A stretch of 64,000 bases of DNA from Candidatus Falkowbacteria bacterium (GCA_016432645.1 CP066698.1:261062-325061), one strand, 5' to 3'; shown: positions 36,403 through 47,343, counted from the stretch's first letter. The notes: generated from the letters alone by a model not told the origin. Numbers and translations: made by a program.

Positions 36403-37962
36403 TTATGGCATAAAGATAGTTTCGTCTGGTTCTGGCCCGACAGAGATAATCGCAATCTTGGCCTGGTGACGAATTGATGCTTCCAAATAGCGGGCAATTC
36501 TGGTTAGCTTCAGCGGTAATTCTTCAGCCTCTTTAAACCCGCGGATGTCATCTTCCCAACCAACAAATTCTTTATACACCGGTTTACAGTAATCCAAAAC
36601 TTCCGGATCGGGGACGGCAGTGTCAACAATCACGCCCTTTTTAAAATGATAATCACCATAACTATAATCTGGCCCATCGTAATCATACGAATGGCAGAGA
36701 TTAATAGTTTTGATGCCGGTCAAGACATCCAGCTTGGTCATGATAATGTGTTTTACTCCAGAAAGCTCCAGAGCATAACGCAACATTGGAAGGTCCAACC
36801 AGCCAGTTCTCCGTGGGCGACCAGTAGTCGCGCCATATTCGCCGGCGTGACGTCTGATAGCAATTCCCTGCATGTAAGGATTCGGGTCATTGACGGTAGC
36901 CTCACTAAACATTTCTTTTTCTTTGTCTCGTGAGCCGAGTTCATTACACCACTGCTCGGAATCTTTACCGCCAATTTCCGTCGGGAACGGCCCTTTGCCA
37001 ACCCGGGTTTCATAGAAACCTTTAATAATGCCGAATGAGGCATCAATATCGCGTTCTTTCAAACCAGCGCCTTTAGCCATTCCAGCCGGCGAGCAATCGG
37101 AGCAAGTAACGAATGGGTAGGTACCGTAATCAATGCTGAGCATAAAGCCCTGAGCACCTTCTAAAAGGATATTTTTGTACCCCACGGCGTCCCTAACCAT
37201 TTTATCAGTGTCACAGATAAAGCTCTGGAATAACTGCCCGAGCTCCAGATAATGCTTAGCAATGTTTCCAATGCTAAAGAGTTCTCCTGAACTATAACCA
37301 CCAACAACCGCGGTATAAGTATTATTCATCCCATCCAAAATTTTCCAAGCAGCTTCATAGCCGCCCATTTCAATAATCAGCCGACGATGGTAATCCATGA
37401 GTTTTTCTAACTTACGTTTGAAAACTATTGGATTTAATAAATCATTCATCGTTAACCCCCGACGGGCTAATTTATCAATATAAGTCGGACCGACACCTTT
37501 ACCTGTCGTGCCCACGCGTGCCTTACCAGCCTTCATCTCGCCTAAGCGATCCAAAACAATGTGAGTCGGTAAAATCAAGTTAGCGCGCAGAGAAATATAT
37601 AAGTTATCCAAACTTATGCCCCTTGCTTTTAAAGCGGACATTTCTTTTAATAACTCAAGAGGGTCAATTACAGTATCGCTACCAATGACATTGGTTTTTT
37701 CCGAATGAACGACTCCCGAAGGAACCGAATGCAGAATCCATTCTTCGTTTTGGTAGTAAATTGTATGACCGGCGTTAGGTCCGCCGGTTGGACGTACAAT
37801 CATATCGGCCCAGTTGGCAAACAAGTCAACAAACTTCCCTTTTCCGGTATCGCCGAATTGCAGACAACTGATAGAAATTACTTTCTTGTTATCAATAAAT
37901 TCTTTGCCAAAATAATTCCGCAAGAACTCTTGCAAGCGGTATTCAACATTTTCACTTTCCAT
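36403..37962 (-). CDS. purA: Adenylosuccinate synthetase (long form, 519 aa)
   Basis: P-loop GDTGKGKFVD, NAGHT, TTGKGVGPTY, GATTGRPRRTGWLD. Longer than the ~430 aa I recall for typical bacterial PurA. Confidence 0.9.
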   Translation of the reverse strand: MESENVEYRLQEFLRNYFGKEFIDNKKVISISCLQFGDTGKGKFVDLFANWADMIVRPTGGPNAGHTIYYQNEEWILHSVPSGVVHSEKTNVIGSDTVIDPLELLKEMSALKARGISLDNLYISLRANLILPTHIVLDRLGEMKAGKARVGTTGKGVGPTYIDKLARRGLTMNDLLNPIVFKRKLEKLMDYHRRLIIEMGGYEAAWKILDGMNNTYTAVVGGYSSGELFSIGNIAKHYLELGQLFQSFICDTDKMVRDAVGYKNILLEGAQGFMLSIDYGTYPFVTCSDCSPAGMAKGAGLKERDIDASFGIIKGFYETRVGKGPFPTEIGGKDSEQWCNELGSRDKEKEMFSEATVNDPNPYMQGIAIRRHAGEYGATTGRPRRTGWLDLPMLRYALELSGVKHIIMTKLDVLTGIKTINLCHSYDYDGPDYSYGDYHFKKGVIVDTAVPDPEVLDYCKPVYKEFVGWEDDIRGFKEAEELPLKLTRIARYLEASIRHQAKIAIISVGPEPDETIFMP

Positions 37963-37986
37963 TTTCAGTATTTTTTTGGTTTTTAA

Positions 37987-39522
37987 TTAACGCGGGCTCC
38001 GATAGTTAGGGGCCTCATTCATAGAAAACAGGTCGTGAGGATGTGATTCCTGCATGCCTGAATTAGAGACTAAATGAAAGTCAGCATTTTCTTTCAAAAA
38101 ACTGACTTCTTTTACGCCTAAGTAGCCTAACCCGGCGCGCAAGCCGCCAAGCAGTTGATGTAGAACAGCATGAACTTCTCCTTTAAACAGGACCTCTCCA
38201 GAAACTCCTTCTGGCACGAGTTTGTCAGTACCGCCTTCAATTTGTCCGTAACGTTGACGCGAAGTTTTGTGTTCCTTCATCGCCTCCAAAGAGCCCATAC
38301 CGCGATAAACTTTTACCGCTTTTCCATTTTTAAAGAAAACATCGCCAGGAGACTCCGTAGTGCCAGCCAACAAATTGCCAAGCATAACGCTATCAGCTCC
38401 AGCCCCCATAGCAACGGCGATGTCACCGGAATATCTGATTCCGCCATCGGCACAAATCGGAACTCCGGAACCACGAATTGCCTTTTCACATTCGTAAATT
38501 GCCGAGACTTGAGGGTGCCCGATACCAGCCGTAATTCTGGTTGTACAAATAGAACCAGGTCCCTGGCCAATTCGCAAACCATCGGCGCCGGCAGCTACTA
38601 ATCTTTTAGCAGCTTCACCTTCGGAGATATTACCGGCCACGACATCGATGTTGGAATAAGTTTTTTTCAAATACTTAAGCATTTCTACCACACCCAGCGA
38701 ATTGCCGTGAGCGGTATCAATCACCAAAACATCAACGCCCTTCTGCACTAATAGCTCAGCCCGCTCACGATCATCGGCGGAAACGCCAACAGCCGCGCCA
38801 ACAAATAAACTACCGTTTTTATCAAGGTTATAACCCTCAATATTATTGGTGATTTTTCTTTTAACATCAGCCAGGGTATAAATACCCTGAAGATTTCGGC
38901 TATCATCAAAAATCGGCAAAATCTTTTTATGATGTTTGCACATAATTGAATAAGCCTCCATGACGTTCGTCCCTGGCAAAGCACTGATTAACTGCGAAGA
39001 CATGATGTCAGAGATAAAAGAATTCTCGATGTCTGGGCAAAATTCAAAATCATTACTGGTTACAATGCCGACTATTCGCCCGTTGTTGTCCATTACCGGA
39101 AAAGATGAAAACCCGTAATCTTTAGCTTCTTTCATCCGTAAGATGTCGGCCACTTTGTCATCTGACTTAATGCAAATTGGATCTGTCAAAAAAACATTTA
39201 ACCGATGTTTTACTTTGGCGACATGGGCGGCCTGCGTTATCGGGTCTAATCCTTTATGAATTATCCCTAAACCACCATCCATAGCAATTGCAATCCCCAT
39301 TTTATATTCCGTCACCGTATCCATCGGCGAACTAACAATTGGAGTATTAAGTCCAACGTTTCGGGAAAAATGAGACTTTAAACTAGTCTGTGTCGGAAGA
39401 ATCTCTGAATAATCAGTAACCAATCTAACATCATCAAAGCTAACGGCAAAGTAGCGTTCTTTTTGCGCAGCAAAAAAACCATCGCATTTTCTGGTTCCTA
39501 AAAACTTTCCTGTTTGATTCAT
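37987..39522 (-). CDS. guaB: IMP dehydrogenase (with CBS pair)
   Basis: Catalytic loop [19 protein letters not shown], a CBS insert, and the [10 protein letters not shown]-terminal motif. Confidence 0.93.
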   Translation of the reverse strand: MNQTGKFLGTRKCDGFFAAQKERYFAVSFDDVRLVTDYSEILPTQTSLKSHFSRNVGLNTPIVSSPMDTVTEYKMGIAIAMDGGLGIIHKGLDPITQAAHVAKVKHRLNVFLTDPICIKSDDKVADILRMKEAKDYGFSSFPVMDNNGRIVGIVTSNDFEFCPDIENSFISDIMSSQLISALPGTNVMEAYSIMCKHHKKILPIFDDSRNLQGIYTLADVKRKITNNIEGYNLDKNGSLFVGAAVGVSADDRERAELLVQKGVDVLVIDTAHGNSLGVVEMLKYLKKTYSNIDVVAGNISEGEAAKRLVAAGADGLRIGQGPGSICTTRITAGIGHPQVSAIYECEKAIRGSGVPICADGGIRYSGDIAVAMGAGADSVMLGNLLAGTTESPGDVFFKNGKAVKVYRGMGSLEAMKEHKTSRQRYGQIEGGTDKLVPEGVSGEVLFKGEVHAVLHQLLGGLRAGLGYLGVKEVSFLKENADFHLVSNSGMQESHPHDLFSMNEAPNYRSPR

Positions 39523-39590
39523 AATCTGTGAATTTTAGTTATTAAATTGTTAATGTATAATTAAAAAATTTGAATTTTATAATTCAGGAA

Positions 39591-39619
39591 ATATTAACAG
39601 AAAAATCAAATAAAGTCAA
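39591..39619 (-). promoter_or_regulatory. Promoter TTGACT-N17-(TGT)TAATAT for guaB-purA
   Basis: Exact 17-nt spacer and a TG-extended -10. Confidence 0.55.
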
Positions 39620-39633
39620 ACAAAAAGCCTAAC

Positions 39634-39663
39634 AAAAAACACGGTCTGAAACCGTGTTTTTTT
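39634..39663. terminator. Terminator after the cyclophilin gene
   Basis: aaaaacacggt-ctgaa-accgtgttttt. Confidence 0.8.
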
Positions 39664-39684
39664 GCTTAATATCAGCTAATTTAA

Positions 39685-40416
39685 TTATTTCTTAAGTTCA
39701 ATAGAATTGATAATCACTGCTTCAGTTGGAATATCGCGCTCGCCGGTTTCTAGCGCCTCAATCTTTTTAACAACATCCATGCCACTAACTACCTCTCCAA
39801 AGTTAACATGCTTGCCATCAAGCCAAGGGGTTTCATCGGCAGTAACAATAAAGAATTGTGAGCCATTAGTATCTGCTCCGGAATTAGCCATCGCTAAAGA
39901 ACCAGCAACTAACTTATGGGAATTAAATTCATCGGCAAATTTATAGCCCGGGCCACCGGTTCCATACATGCTGGTATCAGGATTTTTACTATTTGGATCA
40001 CCGCCCTGAATCATAAAATCCTTAATCACCCGGTGAAACTTGGTTTCGTTATAAAAACCTTTCTGTGCCAAGTTCATAAAATTGTTAACAGTAATCGGCG
40101 AATCAGCGCTATAAAATTTCACGGTGATATTGCCTAAGCTGGTCTTGATAACCGCCTGGGAATACTCAGCGGCTAAGTCTAAATGATTGTTCAAAGTTCT
40201 CATAGGATTATTGACGACTGGTTCTTTGATAGTTTCCGGGCTAATGGCCGGCGGTTCAGTCAAAACAACAGCGTCGCTATTAGTTGAATTATTAATAACA
40301 TTGGCTTCCAACCCGCCCTCCGGCTTATTTTCCTGAGCCTTTTGCGATTTGGTTGTGCAAGCCGATAAGGAGGCGGCTAAAACTACCAGCCCCAAAAAAA
40401 ATACAATTTTTTTCAT
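39685..40416 (-). CDS. Cyclophilin-type peptidyl-prolyl isomerase, lipoprotein
   Basis: Lipobox LAASLSAC. Motifs FHRVIKDFMIQGGDP, SLAMANSG..TNGSQFFI. Confidence 0.9.
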   Translation of the reverse strand: MKKIVFFLGLVVLAASLSACTTKSQKAQENKPEGGLEANVINNSTNSDAVVLTEPPAISPETIKEPVVNNPMRTLNNHLDLAAEYSQAVIKTSLGNITVKFYSADSPITVNNFMNLAQKGFYNETKFHRVIKDFMIQGGDPNSKNPDTSMYGTGGPGYKFADEFNSHKLVAGSLAMANSGADTNGSQFFIVTADETPWLDGKHVNFGEVVSGMDVVKKIEALETGERDIPTEAVIINSIELKK

Positions 40417-40430
40417 ACTTTATTTGATTA

Positions 40431-41867
40431 TTAAACTTTATATTGTCTTTTAATATTTTTATCTTCTTCCTGCCTCTTTTCTTCAATTACTTCCTTAGCC
40501 TTAGCTCTTAGTTCTTCCAAATCCAATTTATCCAAATCTTGAGCATGAGCAATTAGTATTTCAGCCTTATTTAATTCGGGATCTTCAATCACTTCACTAA
40601 GCAATACATCCAGAATGGCGCCAATCTTCGGCCCAGGAGCAATATGCAAAACTTCCATCAAATCATTGCCGTTTATTTTTAACATTTTAACAGAAACGGG
40701 ATCATTCTGCACTTTCTCCAGCATGTATTGTAAATGGCGCAATTTATAAGGCATGGCCTTCGGTGTACCGGAACCGAGCCTATCGGCAATCCGCAAATCA
40801 ATTAAATCTTTAAGATTCTCCCGGCCGACTTTTACGATTAAACGCCTAACAGAGGCGGCGCTCACCTCTCCTACATTATAATAAAACATGTGGTTTTTTA
40901 CCAGATTAACCACGCGCAAACGATCATCATTAGAAAACTTCAAGCGGCTCATTATTTTATCGGTCATCTTCGCTCCCAGATATTCATGATTATAAAAAGT
41001 CGCAATATTATTAATAATCTTTCTGGTTTTCGGTTTAGCCACATCATGAAGCAAAGCGGCCAATCTAACTTGCCATTCTTTACTGGGGCAATGCTTCAAA
41101 GCTAAAGCGTTATGCTTAAAAACTTCATAGATATGATGCCTGTCTTGTTTGATGCCGACTCCCTGCTCTAACTCCGGCAAAATATATTGTAATAATTTAC
41201 AGTCATGTAAAAGCATTATCCCTTCGTAAGGCCTGTTGGAAGCCAAAATTTTAATAATTTCATCCTTGATTCTTTCTTTAGAAACAAACTTCAAACTACC
41301 GGCCAGCTTCACAATCGCCCGTTGAGTTTTCGGCTCTAATTCAAACCCTAATTGAGCGCTGAAACGTACCGCTCGCAACATGCGCAAAGCATCTTCTTTA
41401 AATCTATCAGTCGGCTCGCCAACCGCGCGGATAATTTTTTGTTTAATATCTTTGCGCCCGCCAAAATAATCAACCACTTCTTCCGGCTTAGCTGGATCAA
41501 GGGCAAGGGCATTAATGGTAAAATCACGGCGCTCCAAATCTTTATCTAGTTTTTCTTCAAAGCAGACTTCATCCGGATGACGCCTATCAGAATATCCCTG
41601 TTCGCTGCGATAAGTAGTAATTTCTAAAACATCAATTACTATTTCTTTATCACGAATAGGCAAAAGTACGGTTCCAAAATCATTTTCATATTTAGCCTCG
41701 GCAAATATTTTCAAAATTTCTTCCGGCTTGGCGTTAGTAGTTATATCCCAATCTTTCGGCTCCTGACCCATTAAAAAATCCCGTACGCAACCGCCCACGA
41801 TATAAGCTTCAAAACGCCCTTGTTTCAGGGCGTCGATAGTTTTAACAACATATTCAGGAATCTTCAT
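40431..41867 (-). CDS. cca: CCA-adding enzyme / tRNA nucleotidyltransferase with HD domain
   Basis: GGCVRD...DWD polymerase-beta head, RRDFTINA, and an HD motif (LLHDVAKP). Confidence 0.88.
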   Translation of the reverse strand: MKIPEYVVKTIDALKQGRFEAYIVGGCVRDFLMGQEPKDWDITTNAKPEEILKIFAEAKYENDFGTVLLPIRDKEIVIDVLEITTYRSEQGYSDRRHPDEVCFEEKLDKDLERRDFTINALALDPAKPEEVVDYFGGRKDIKQKIIRAVGEPTDRFKEDALRMLRAVRFSAQLGFELEPKTQRAIVKLAGSLKFVSKERIKDEIIKILASNRPYEGIMLLHDCKLLQYILPELEQGVGIKQDRHHIYEVFKHNALALKHCPSKEWQVRLAALLHDVAKPKTRKIINNIATFYNHEYLGAKMTDKIMSRLKFSNDDRLRVVNLVKNHMFYYNVGEVSAASVRRLIVKVGRENLKDLIDLRIADRLGSGTPKAMPYKLRHLQYMLEKVQNDPVSVKMLKINGNDLMEVLHIAPGPKIGAILDVLLSEVIEDPELNKAEILIAHAQDLDKLDLEELRAKAKEVIEEKRQEEDKNIKRQYKV

Positions 41868-41869
41868 AG

Positions 41870-43576
41870 CTACTTGTTTGTCGCCTTAAACTTAGTATGT
41901 AATAATTTACTTTCCAGCTTATTTTCCTTAACCCACTGATAATATTCCACCATCGGCTTGTTTTCATGGGCACGTCTCATTTTAGTTTTACCCTTATCAA
42001 TAGCATACATGCCTTCCAGGCGCTTTTGTCGGATAGCATTAGTGGTTGGTAAAGGCTGGCCGCCACCGCCGAGGCAACCGCCCGGACAAGCCATTACTTC
42101 AATATAATGGTATTTACTTAATTTAGGCAAGAGGGCTTCAAAATGAGCAATTCCATTGACCACGCCGACTCGAACTTTCTTGCCGGCTAAATCAACGGTT
42201 GCCTCCTTAAATCCTTTCAAGCCTCTAACTTCCTTAAACTCTAAACGACTAACACATAGTTTATTTTTGGTCTTTTTCTGGGCGCAAGCTAATGACGCTG
42301 CGGTTCTAAGAGCCGACTCCATTACGCCACCGGAGGCCCCATAAATAGCGGCCGCGCCGGAACCATCATTAAATAACGGTTCGACTTCGCTTTCCGGCAA
42401 TTTCGCTAAATCAATTTTATTCTTTTTTAAAATATAAGCGAATTCCCTAGTTGTTAAAACATGGTCAACTAGAGGCTTTCCTTTGTAGTTTAATTCCGCC
42501 CGCGCCGCTTCGTATTTTTTGGAAGTGCACGGCACGATAGAAACGACTTCAATATTTTTAGGATTAATTCCCTTCTGTCTGGCAAAATAACTTTTAATTG
42601 CACCGGCGCTATGGATATGCGGCGAACGGGCGGTGGTTAAATTTGGCAATAATTCCGGATGATAAAATTCGGCGTAAGCGACCCAAGCCGGGCAGCAAGA
42701 GGTCGTCATCGGAAAAACTGCCTTCTTATCATTTATTCTTTCCATCAATTCTTCCGCTTCCGTCATCGTCGTAATATCGGCGCCAAAATTAACATCAAAA
42801 ATATAAGCAAAACCTAACTGTTTCAGAGCGGTATTTATTTTTTTGGCGCAATTATAACCATAAGGTAAACCAAACTCTTCACCCAAAGAAACGCGGATAG
42901 ACGGCGCAAATTGAGCAACCACGATTTTCTTTTTATTCTTTAAAACTGCTTCTACTTGTTGCCACTGGCCCTGTTCTTGAGCGGCAGCTACCGGGCAAGC
43001 GTTAGCACATTGGCCGCAATAAATACAGGCGCTGCCTTTAGCTTTAACCGGCTGAATTTCCTGCTCATGGCCATGGCCGGAGATTTTTAAGAAATCTATA
43101 CCTTGATTATGGCAAGCTTCAACACAATTGCCGCAATCAATACATTGCGTTCCGTCTATCTCCACGGCGTTCGCAAATTTATAAGTCTTGCGCTTAGCCT
43201 TACGATCCGGAAAACGAGTAATCTTAATACCATAATCACGCGCCAAATCCAATAAAGTGCAGTTAAAACGCAAAGTGCAAGTAGCACATTTTTCAATATG
43301 GGAAGCAAAAATTAATTCGATATTAAGATTGCGCGATTTTTTGACGCGCGCGGAATCGGTATATACCTCCAACCCGTCTTCAACTTCAGTTGAGCAGGCG
43401 GTCGCTAATTTCTGGCGTCCGGCAATTTCCACCACACAAACACGGCAACTGGCGCGCACATCTAAATCAGGGTGATGACAGAGGCTAGGAATCTTAATCC
43501 CGTGCTCACGCGCCACCTCTAAAATAGTTTGGCCTTTGGCGGCGCTATATTTTTTGTTATTGATTTTAATAATCAT
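41870..43576 (-). CDS. [FeFe]-hydrogenase catalytic subunit (HydA/HndD-like)
   Basis: N-terminal 2Fe-2S, two CxxCxxCxxxCP ferredoxin motifs, and H-cluster motifs TSCCPAWV, VPCTSKKYE, EVMACPGGCLGGGGQP. Confidence 0.9.
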   Translation of the reverse strand: MIIKINNKKYSAAKGQTILEVAREHGIKIPSLCHHPDLDVRASCRVCVVEIAGRQKLATACSTEVEDGLEVYTDSARVKKSRNLNIELIFASHIEKCATCTLRFNCTLLDLARDYGIKITRFPDRKAKRKTYKFANAVEIDGTQCIDCGNCVEACHNQGIDFLKISGHGHEQEIQPVKAKGSACIYCGQCANACPVAAAQEQGQWQQVEAVLKNKKKIVVAQFAPSIRVSLGEEFGLPYGYNCAKKINTALKQLGFAYIFDVNFGADITTMTEAEELMERINDKKAVFPMTTSCCPAWVAYAEFYHPELLPNLTTARSPHIHSAGAIKSYFARQKGINPKNIEVVSIVPCTSKKYEAARAELNYKGKPLVDHVLTTREFAYILKKNKIDLAKLPESEVEPLFNDGSGAAAIYGASGGVMESALRTAASLACAQKKTKNKLCVSRLEFKEVRGLKGFKEATVDLAGKKVRVGVVNGIAHFEALLPKLSKYHYIEVMACPGGCLGGGGQPLPTTNAIRQKRLEGMYAIDKGKTKMRRAHENKPMVEYYQWVKENKLESKLLHTKFKATNK

Positions 43577-43587
43577 CTAAAAAATAA

Positions 43588-44352
43588 TTATTTCTTAATT
43601 TTTATCAAATCCGTATAAATCTTATAAGTAAATAGCATAGCAATCGGGCCAATCAACCAGCTGACAACTTGAACAAAAAAATTCCAGCCCTGTGCCGCGG
43701 CGCTATTTTCCGGCATGGAAGCAATCGGGGAGGAAATAATCATCATAAATATCCAAGCGACTAATCCTAAAAAGCATAGGCGGCCCATAGTTTCCCAAAA
43801 ATAGCCTTTGATAATTTCCCGGCTGCGGCGAATGGCGGCCATGCCGCGCTTGTCTTCAAAGAAGAAGGCATAGACTGCGAAGCTATAAATAAAGGCAAAA
43901 ATAATACCAGGGATTATTAAAAGCAGAGTCCAGCACAGAATTAACAAACCGGTTAACAAAGACAGGCCGAGATAAGGCCAAAATAATTTTTTAGTTTCTT
44001 TAAAAGTTTCGGCCGGTTCATCCTTATAATCTTTTTTTACCAGCAAGAAAACGCCGACATAAGCTCTAGTCCAAAAATAAATAGTAAAAATAAGAGTCAC
44101 GACGGCCGAGATTGCCATGGTAATTTTGAAAGCGGTTCCCAACGGTCCGCTAATCACAACAGTTAAAATTCCTAAGACGGCGGTCACGCCCAAAGGAATA
44201 AGAGTGGGCTTAATTCCTTCCCAATAAATTTTTAAAATCTTATCCAAATTTTTCCACCAGACACTAACAGCGCCCTTAAAAATTTCAAAAACGGGGGTTA
44301 ATTTCGGCTTACTATAACCGGTAGCCGCCGTTTGATTGTTTGTGTTTTCCAT
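43588..44352 (-). CDS. Polytopic membrane protein (DUF975/UPF0259-like topology)
   Basis: About 6 TM helices. Sits between the hydrogenase and the NuoF-like gene with 4-11 nt gaps. Family assignment is tentative. Confidence 0.55.
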   Translation of the reverse strand: MENTNNQTAATGYSKPKLTPVFEIFKGAVSVWWKNLDKILKIYWEGIKPTLIPLGVTAVLGILTVVISGPLGTAFKITMAISAVVTLIFTIYFWTRAYVGVFLLVKKDYKDEPAETFKETKKLFWPYLGLSLLTGLLILCWTLLLIIPGIIFAFIYSFAVYAFFFEDKRGMAAIRRSREIIKGYFWETMGRLCFLGLVAWIFMMIISSPIASMPENSAAAQGWNFFVQVVSWLIGPIAMLFTYKIYTDLIKIKK

Positions 44353-44356
44353 AGTT

Positions 44357-45385
44357 TTATTTTTTAGTTATATTTTCCATCATACTTTTAACCGTCAGCG
44401 CCAAGGAGGAACCGAGCGCGCAGAAACTGGAATCCTCCAAGTTGTCCAATAAATCAATAAATAACCGCTGGTCATAATTAGTCTGTTGGCTTAATTCGCG
44501 TAAGCGGTAAGCACCTTCACGGCAAGCGGTGCACAAGCCACAGCTTTCGGTCTCGTAAAATTTCAACCAATAGGCTAACAATTTTTTCAAATCGGTCTTT
44601 TTTCTATCAAATACCATAATTAAACCGGAACCTTCAACCGGGGCTTGCAATTGATCGGAACGCAATAATTCGCCGCAGACTTCCCCGCCGGTCATCACAA
44701 AAAAATCAAAATCCTGATAATTATTAGTCGCCTGCAAAACTTCGCGCACGCTCATTACCGCCGGCAATGAAAACACGCCGCGGTGCTTGACGGCTCCGCC
44801 TAAAGTATAGAGGCGATGTCCATTATAGGTATCAGCCGCGACTAAACTAATATCATAGAAAGTTTCCACATTATTAACCAGTGTCGGATGATTATGAATA
44901 CCGCTTTGAGTTGGGAAAGGCGGTTTTAAGCGCGGTTCCGCGCGGCGGCCGGAAATAATATTGATAATTGAAGTCTCTTCGCCGCAAATATACATCGGCG
45001 ATTCCGGCTTAATAAAAAATTCTACTTTCTTGGACAGAGCGCGATATTTTTTAGTATCCAAAACAGCTTTTATCTTTTTGGAATAATCGCGATAATATTC
45101 ATGCTTTAAGAAAAAATAAATCTTTTTTATCTTGTCATTGCCAAAAAATTGATTAGCTAAATAAACGCCGTTAACCACTGCTTCCGTTTTTTCGGTTAAT
45201 AAATAAGCATCTTTTTTAATACCCGGTTCACCTTCGGCACCATTAATCACCAGATAACCAATTTCTCTGGTTTTGAGCGACGCCTGAAAACTAGCCCACT
45301 TACTCGCGGTCGGATAACGCGCGCCGCCGCGCCCGACTAGGCCGGCGGCTTCTATTTTTTGCAGAATATTTAGCGTTTTGGCCAT
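44357..45385 (-). CDS. NuoF/HydB-like NADH-binding flavoprotein subunit (short, 342 aa)
   Basis: GRGGARYPTASKW, NGAEGEPG, YICGEETS, PRLKPPFP, NNVETF, and a 4Fe-4S motif ESCGLCTACREG...C. Confidence 0.8.
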   Translation of the reverse strand: MAKTLNILQKIEAAGLVGRGGARYPTASKWASFQASLKTREIGYLVINGAEGEPGIKKDAYLLTEKTEAVVNGVYLANQFFGNDKIKKIYFFLKHEYYRDYSKKIKAVLDTKKYRALSKKVEFFIKPESPMYICGEETSIINIISGRRAEPRLKPPFPTQSGIHNHPTLVNNVETFYDISLVAADTYNGHRLYTLGGAVKHRGVFSLPAVMSVREVLQATNNYQDFDFFVMTGGEVCGELLRSDQLQAPVEGSGLIMVFDRKKTDLKKLLAYWLKFYETESCGLCTACREGAYRLRELSQQTNYDQRLFIDLLDNLEDSSFCALGSSLALTVKSMMENITKK

Positions 45386-45394
45386 AGCCCTTAA

Positions 45395-46408
45395 TTATTT
45401 AATAAACTTCCCTAAATAAGCAGCCAGCTCTACTAATCGATTAGAGTAGCCCCATTCATTATCATACCAAGCGATAACTTTCAGTAAATCGCCACCGACA
45501 ACTTTGGTTGATAATAAATCAACAATAGAACTATGAGGATTCCCAATAATATCAGTAGAAACTAGTTCTTCGCTAGAGGCCTCTAAAATTCCCTTCAGCT
45601 TGCCGTTAGCTGCTTTCTTAAAGGCAGCATTAACCGCTTCAGCAGTTGTCTTTTTATTTAATAAATAAACTGTATCACAGAGAGAACCAACCGGGGTCGG
45701 AACGCGAACCGCCAAACCGTCAAATTTATCTTTCAGTGCCGGAATTGTCTCGGTAGTAGCAATAGCGGCGCCGGTTGTCGTCGGCACCATATTTATTGCG
45801 GCCGCGCGCGCCCGGCGCAAATCTTTATGCGGTCCGTCAACTAAATTCTGGTCAGCCGTATAGGAATGAACGGTGGTCATTAAAGCTTTTTTAATGCCAA
45901 AAGCGTCCTTAATAACCGCAGTGGATGGCGCCAAACAGTTAGTTGTACACGAAGCACAGGAAACTAAATGGTCTGATTTGCCAACCTTATTTTCATTAAC
46001 CCCCAGAACAATAGTTTTAACGCCGCCTTTTTTAGCCGGGGCGGATAAGATGACTTTTTTAGCTCCTGCTTGTAAATGCAGGCTCAAATCTTCCTTAGAA
46101 CGAAAACGGCCGGTACATTCCAAAACAACATCAACTTTCAAGGCTTTCCAGGGTAATTGCGCCGGCTCCTTAACCGCTAAGACCGGAACTTTAAGCTTGC
46201 CGACGACAATGGAGTCTTTAGTAGCGCTAACCTTTTTACCGTAACGACCATAGCAAGAATCAACTTGTAATAAATGAGCCAGCGTCTCGGCATCAGTCAA
46301 ATCATTAACCGCCACCACATTCATATTTGGAAAGCGATCAAGCATAATTTTAAAAGCGGCGCGGCCTATGCGCCCGAAGCCATTAATGGCGACATTCATT
46401 TTTTTCAT
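45395..46408 (-). CDS. gap: Glyceraldehyde-3-phosphate dehydrogenase
   Basis: INGFGRIGR, SCTTNCLAP, WYDNEWGYS. Confidence 0.95.
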   Translation of the reverse strand: MKKMNVAINGFGRIGRAAFKIMLDRFPNMNVVAVNDLTDAETLAHLLQVDSCYGRYGKKVSATKDSIVVGKLKVPVLAVKEPAQLPWKALKVDVVLECTGRFRSKEDLSLHLQAGAKKVILSAPAKKGGVKTIVLGVNENKVGKSDHLVSCASCTTNCLAPSTAVIKDAFGIKKALMTTVHSYTADQNLVDGPHKDLRRARAAAINMVPTTTGAAIATTETIPALKDKFDGLAVRVPTPVGSLCDTVYLLNKKTTAEAVNAAFKKAANGKLKGILEASSEELVSTDIIGNPHSSIVDLLSTKVVGGDLLKVIAWYDNEWGYSNRLVELAAYLGKFIK

Positions 46409-46469
46409 AAATAATATAAAATAATTATTAACTTAAGCTTTAATATTATATCATAATTTTTAAATTTTA

Positions 46470-46502
46470 AAAAACAAAAAAACCGCCGTTTAAGGCGGTT
46501 TT
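46470..46502 (-). terminator. Terminator after the PSP1/RicT-like gene
   Basis: Minus strand: AAAACCGCC-UUAAAC-GGCGGUUUU followed by a U-run. An extended -10 TGATATAAT for gap follows at 46445-46453. Confidence 0.75.
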
Positions 46503-46521
46503 AAATATATTTGGTAAAAAC

Positions 46522-47343
46522 TTATCTGGTTTTATTTTTCTTATGGCGGTTGATATCAACTTCAATCGTCACATCTCTTTCATCGGACTTTTGTGCCGGA
46601 ATACGGACATCCACTGTTTGTTTTAAAAGATGATGGCCGCAAACTATTCCCCGAACGCCATCAACATTAACCTTGGTTCCCATAGGCGGCAGCTGGCCAG
46701 CTAAATCCTTATACCCCTCATATTCATAGGCGAGGCAGCACATCAAGCGCCCGCACATCCCGGATATCCTCTCTGAACCGCGATGAACAACTTGCTGAGT
46801 TTCAGCCATTTCGGAAGTAATCGAAGAAAAATCGCACAAAAATTCCCGGCAGCAAAGCCCGCGGCCGCAAGGGCCACAATCACCAGCAATCTTGGCTTCA
46901 TCGCGAGTGCCGATTTGCGTTAAACGGATATTGGCGCCTAAATGGGCAGCCAGTTCCTTAACCAGTTCCCGAAAATCAACGCGGCCGTCGGAAATAAAAG
47001 CAAAATTAATGCGGCTGCCATCCAAAGAAAAATGCGCGTCAATCAATTTCATCGGCAATTCTAAGCGCTCAATCGCCTGACGGCAATAATTCAAGGCTTC
47101 ATCTTTTCTCTGATTATCCAAAACGCCGCTGATATCATCAAATTCTGCTTTTCTCAAAATCGGTTTTATTTCTTTATCAGTGCCGCTTTTGTCGGCTTGG
47201 CAGCTGATAATTTTACCAAGTTCCTTGCCCATTTCCGTCTCAACAATAACATAATCACCCGCCGCCAGTTCTAAACCGGCCGCGGAGAAATTATAAACCT
47301 TGTCCCAAGGGGCAAATTGTACTTGGACTATGCGCATGGACAA
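46522..47343 (-). CDS. PSP1-domain protein (RicT/YaaT-like)
   Basis: PSP1 C-terminal domain pattern with a Cys-rich segment (GDCGPCGRGLCCREFL ... GMCGRLMCCLAYE). Confidence 0.8.
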   Translation of the reverse strand: MSMRIVQVQFAPWDKVYNFSAAGLELAAGDYVIVETEMGKELGKIISCQADKSGTDKEIKPILRKAEFDDISGVLDNQRKDEALNYCRQAIERLELPMKLIDAHFSLDGSRINFAFISDGRVDFRELVKELAAHLGANIRLTQIGTRDEAKIAGDCGPCGRGLCCREFLCDFSSITSEMAETQQVVHRGSERISGMCGRLMCCLAYEYEGYKDLAGQLPPMGTKVNVDGVRGIVCGHHLLKQTVDVRIPAQKSDERDVTIEVDINRHKKNKTR

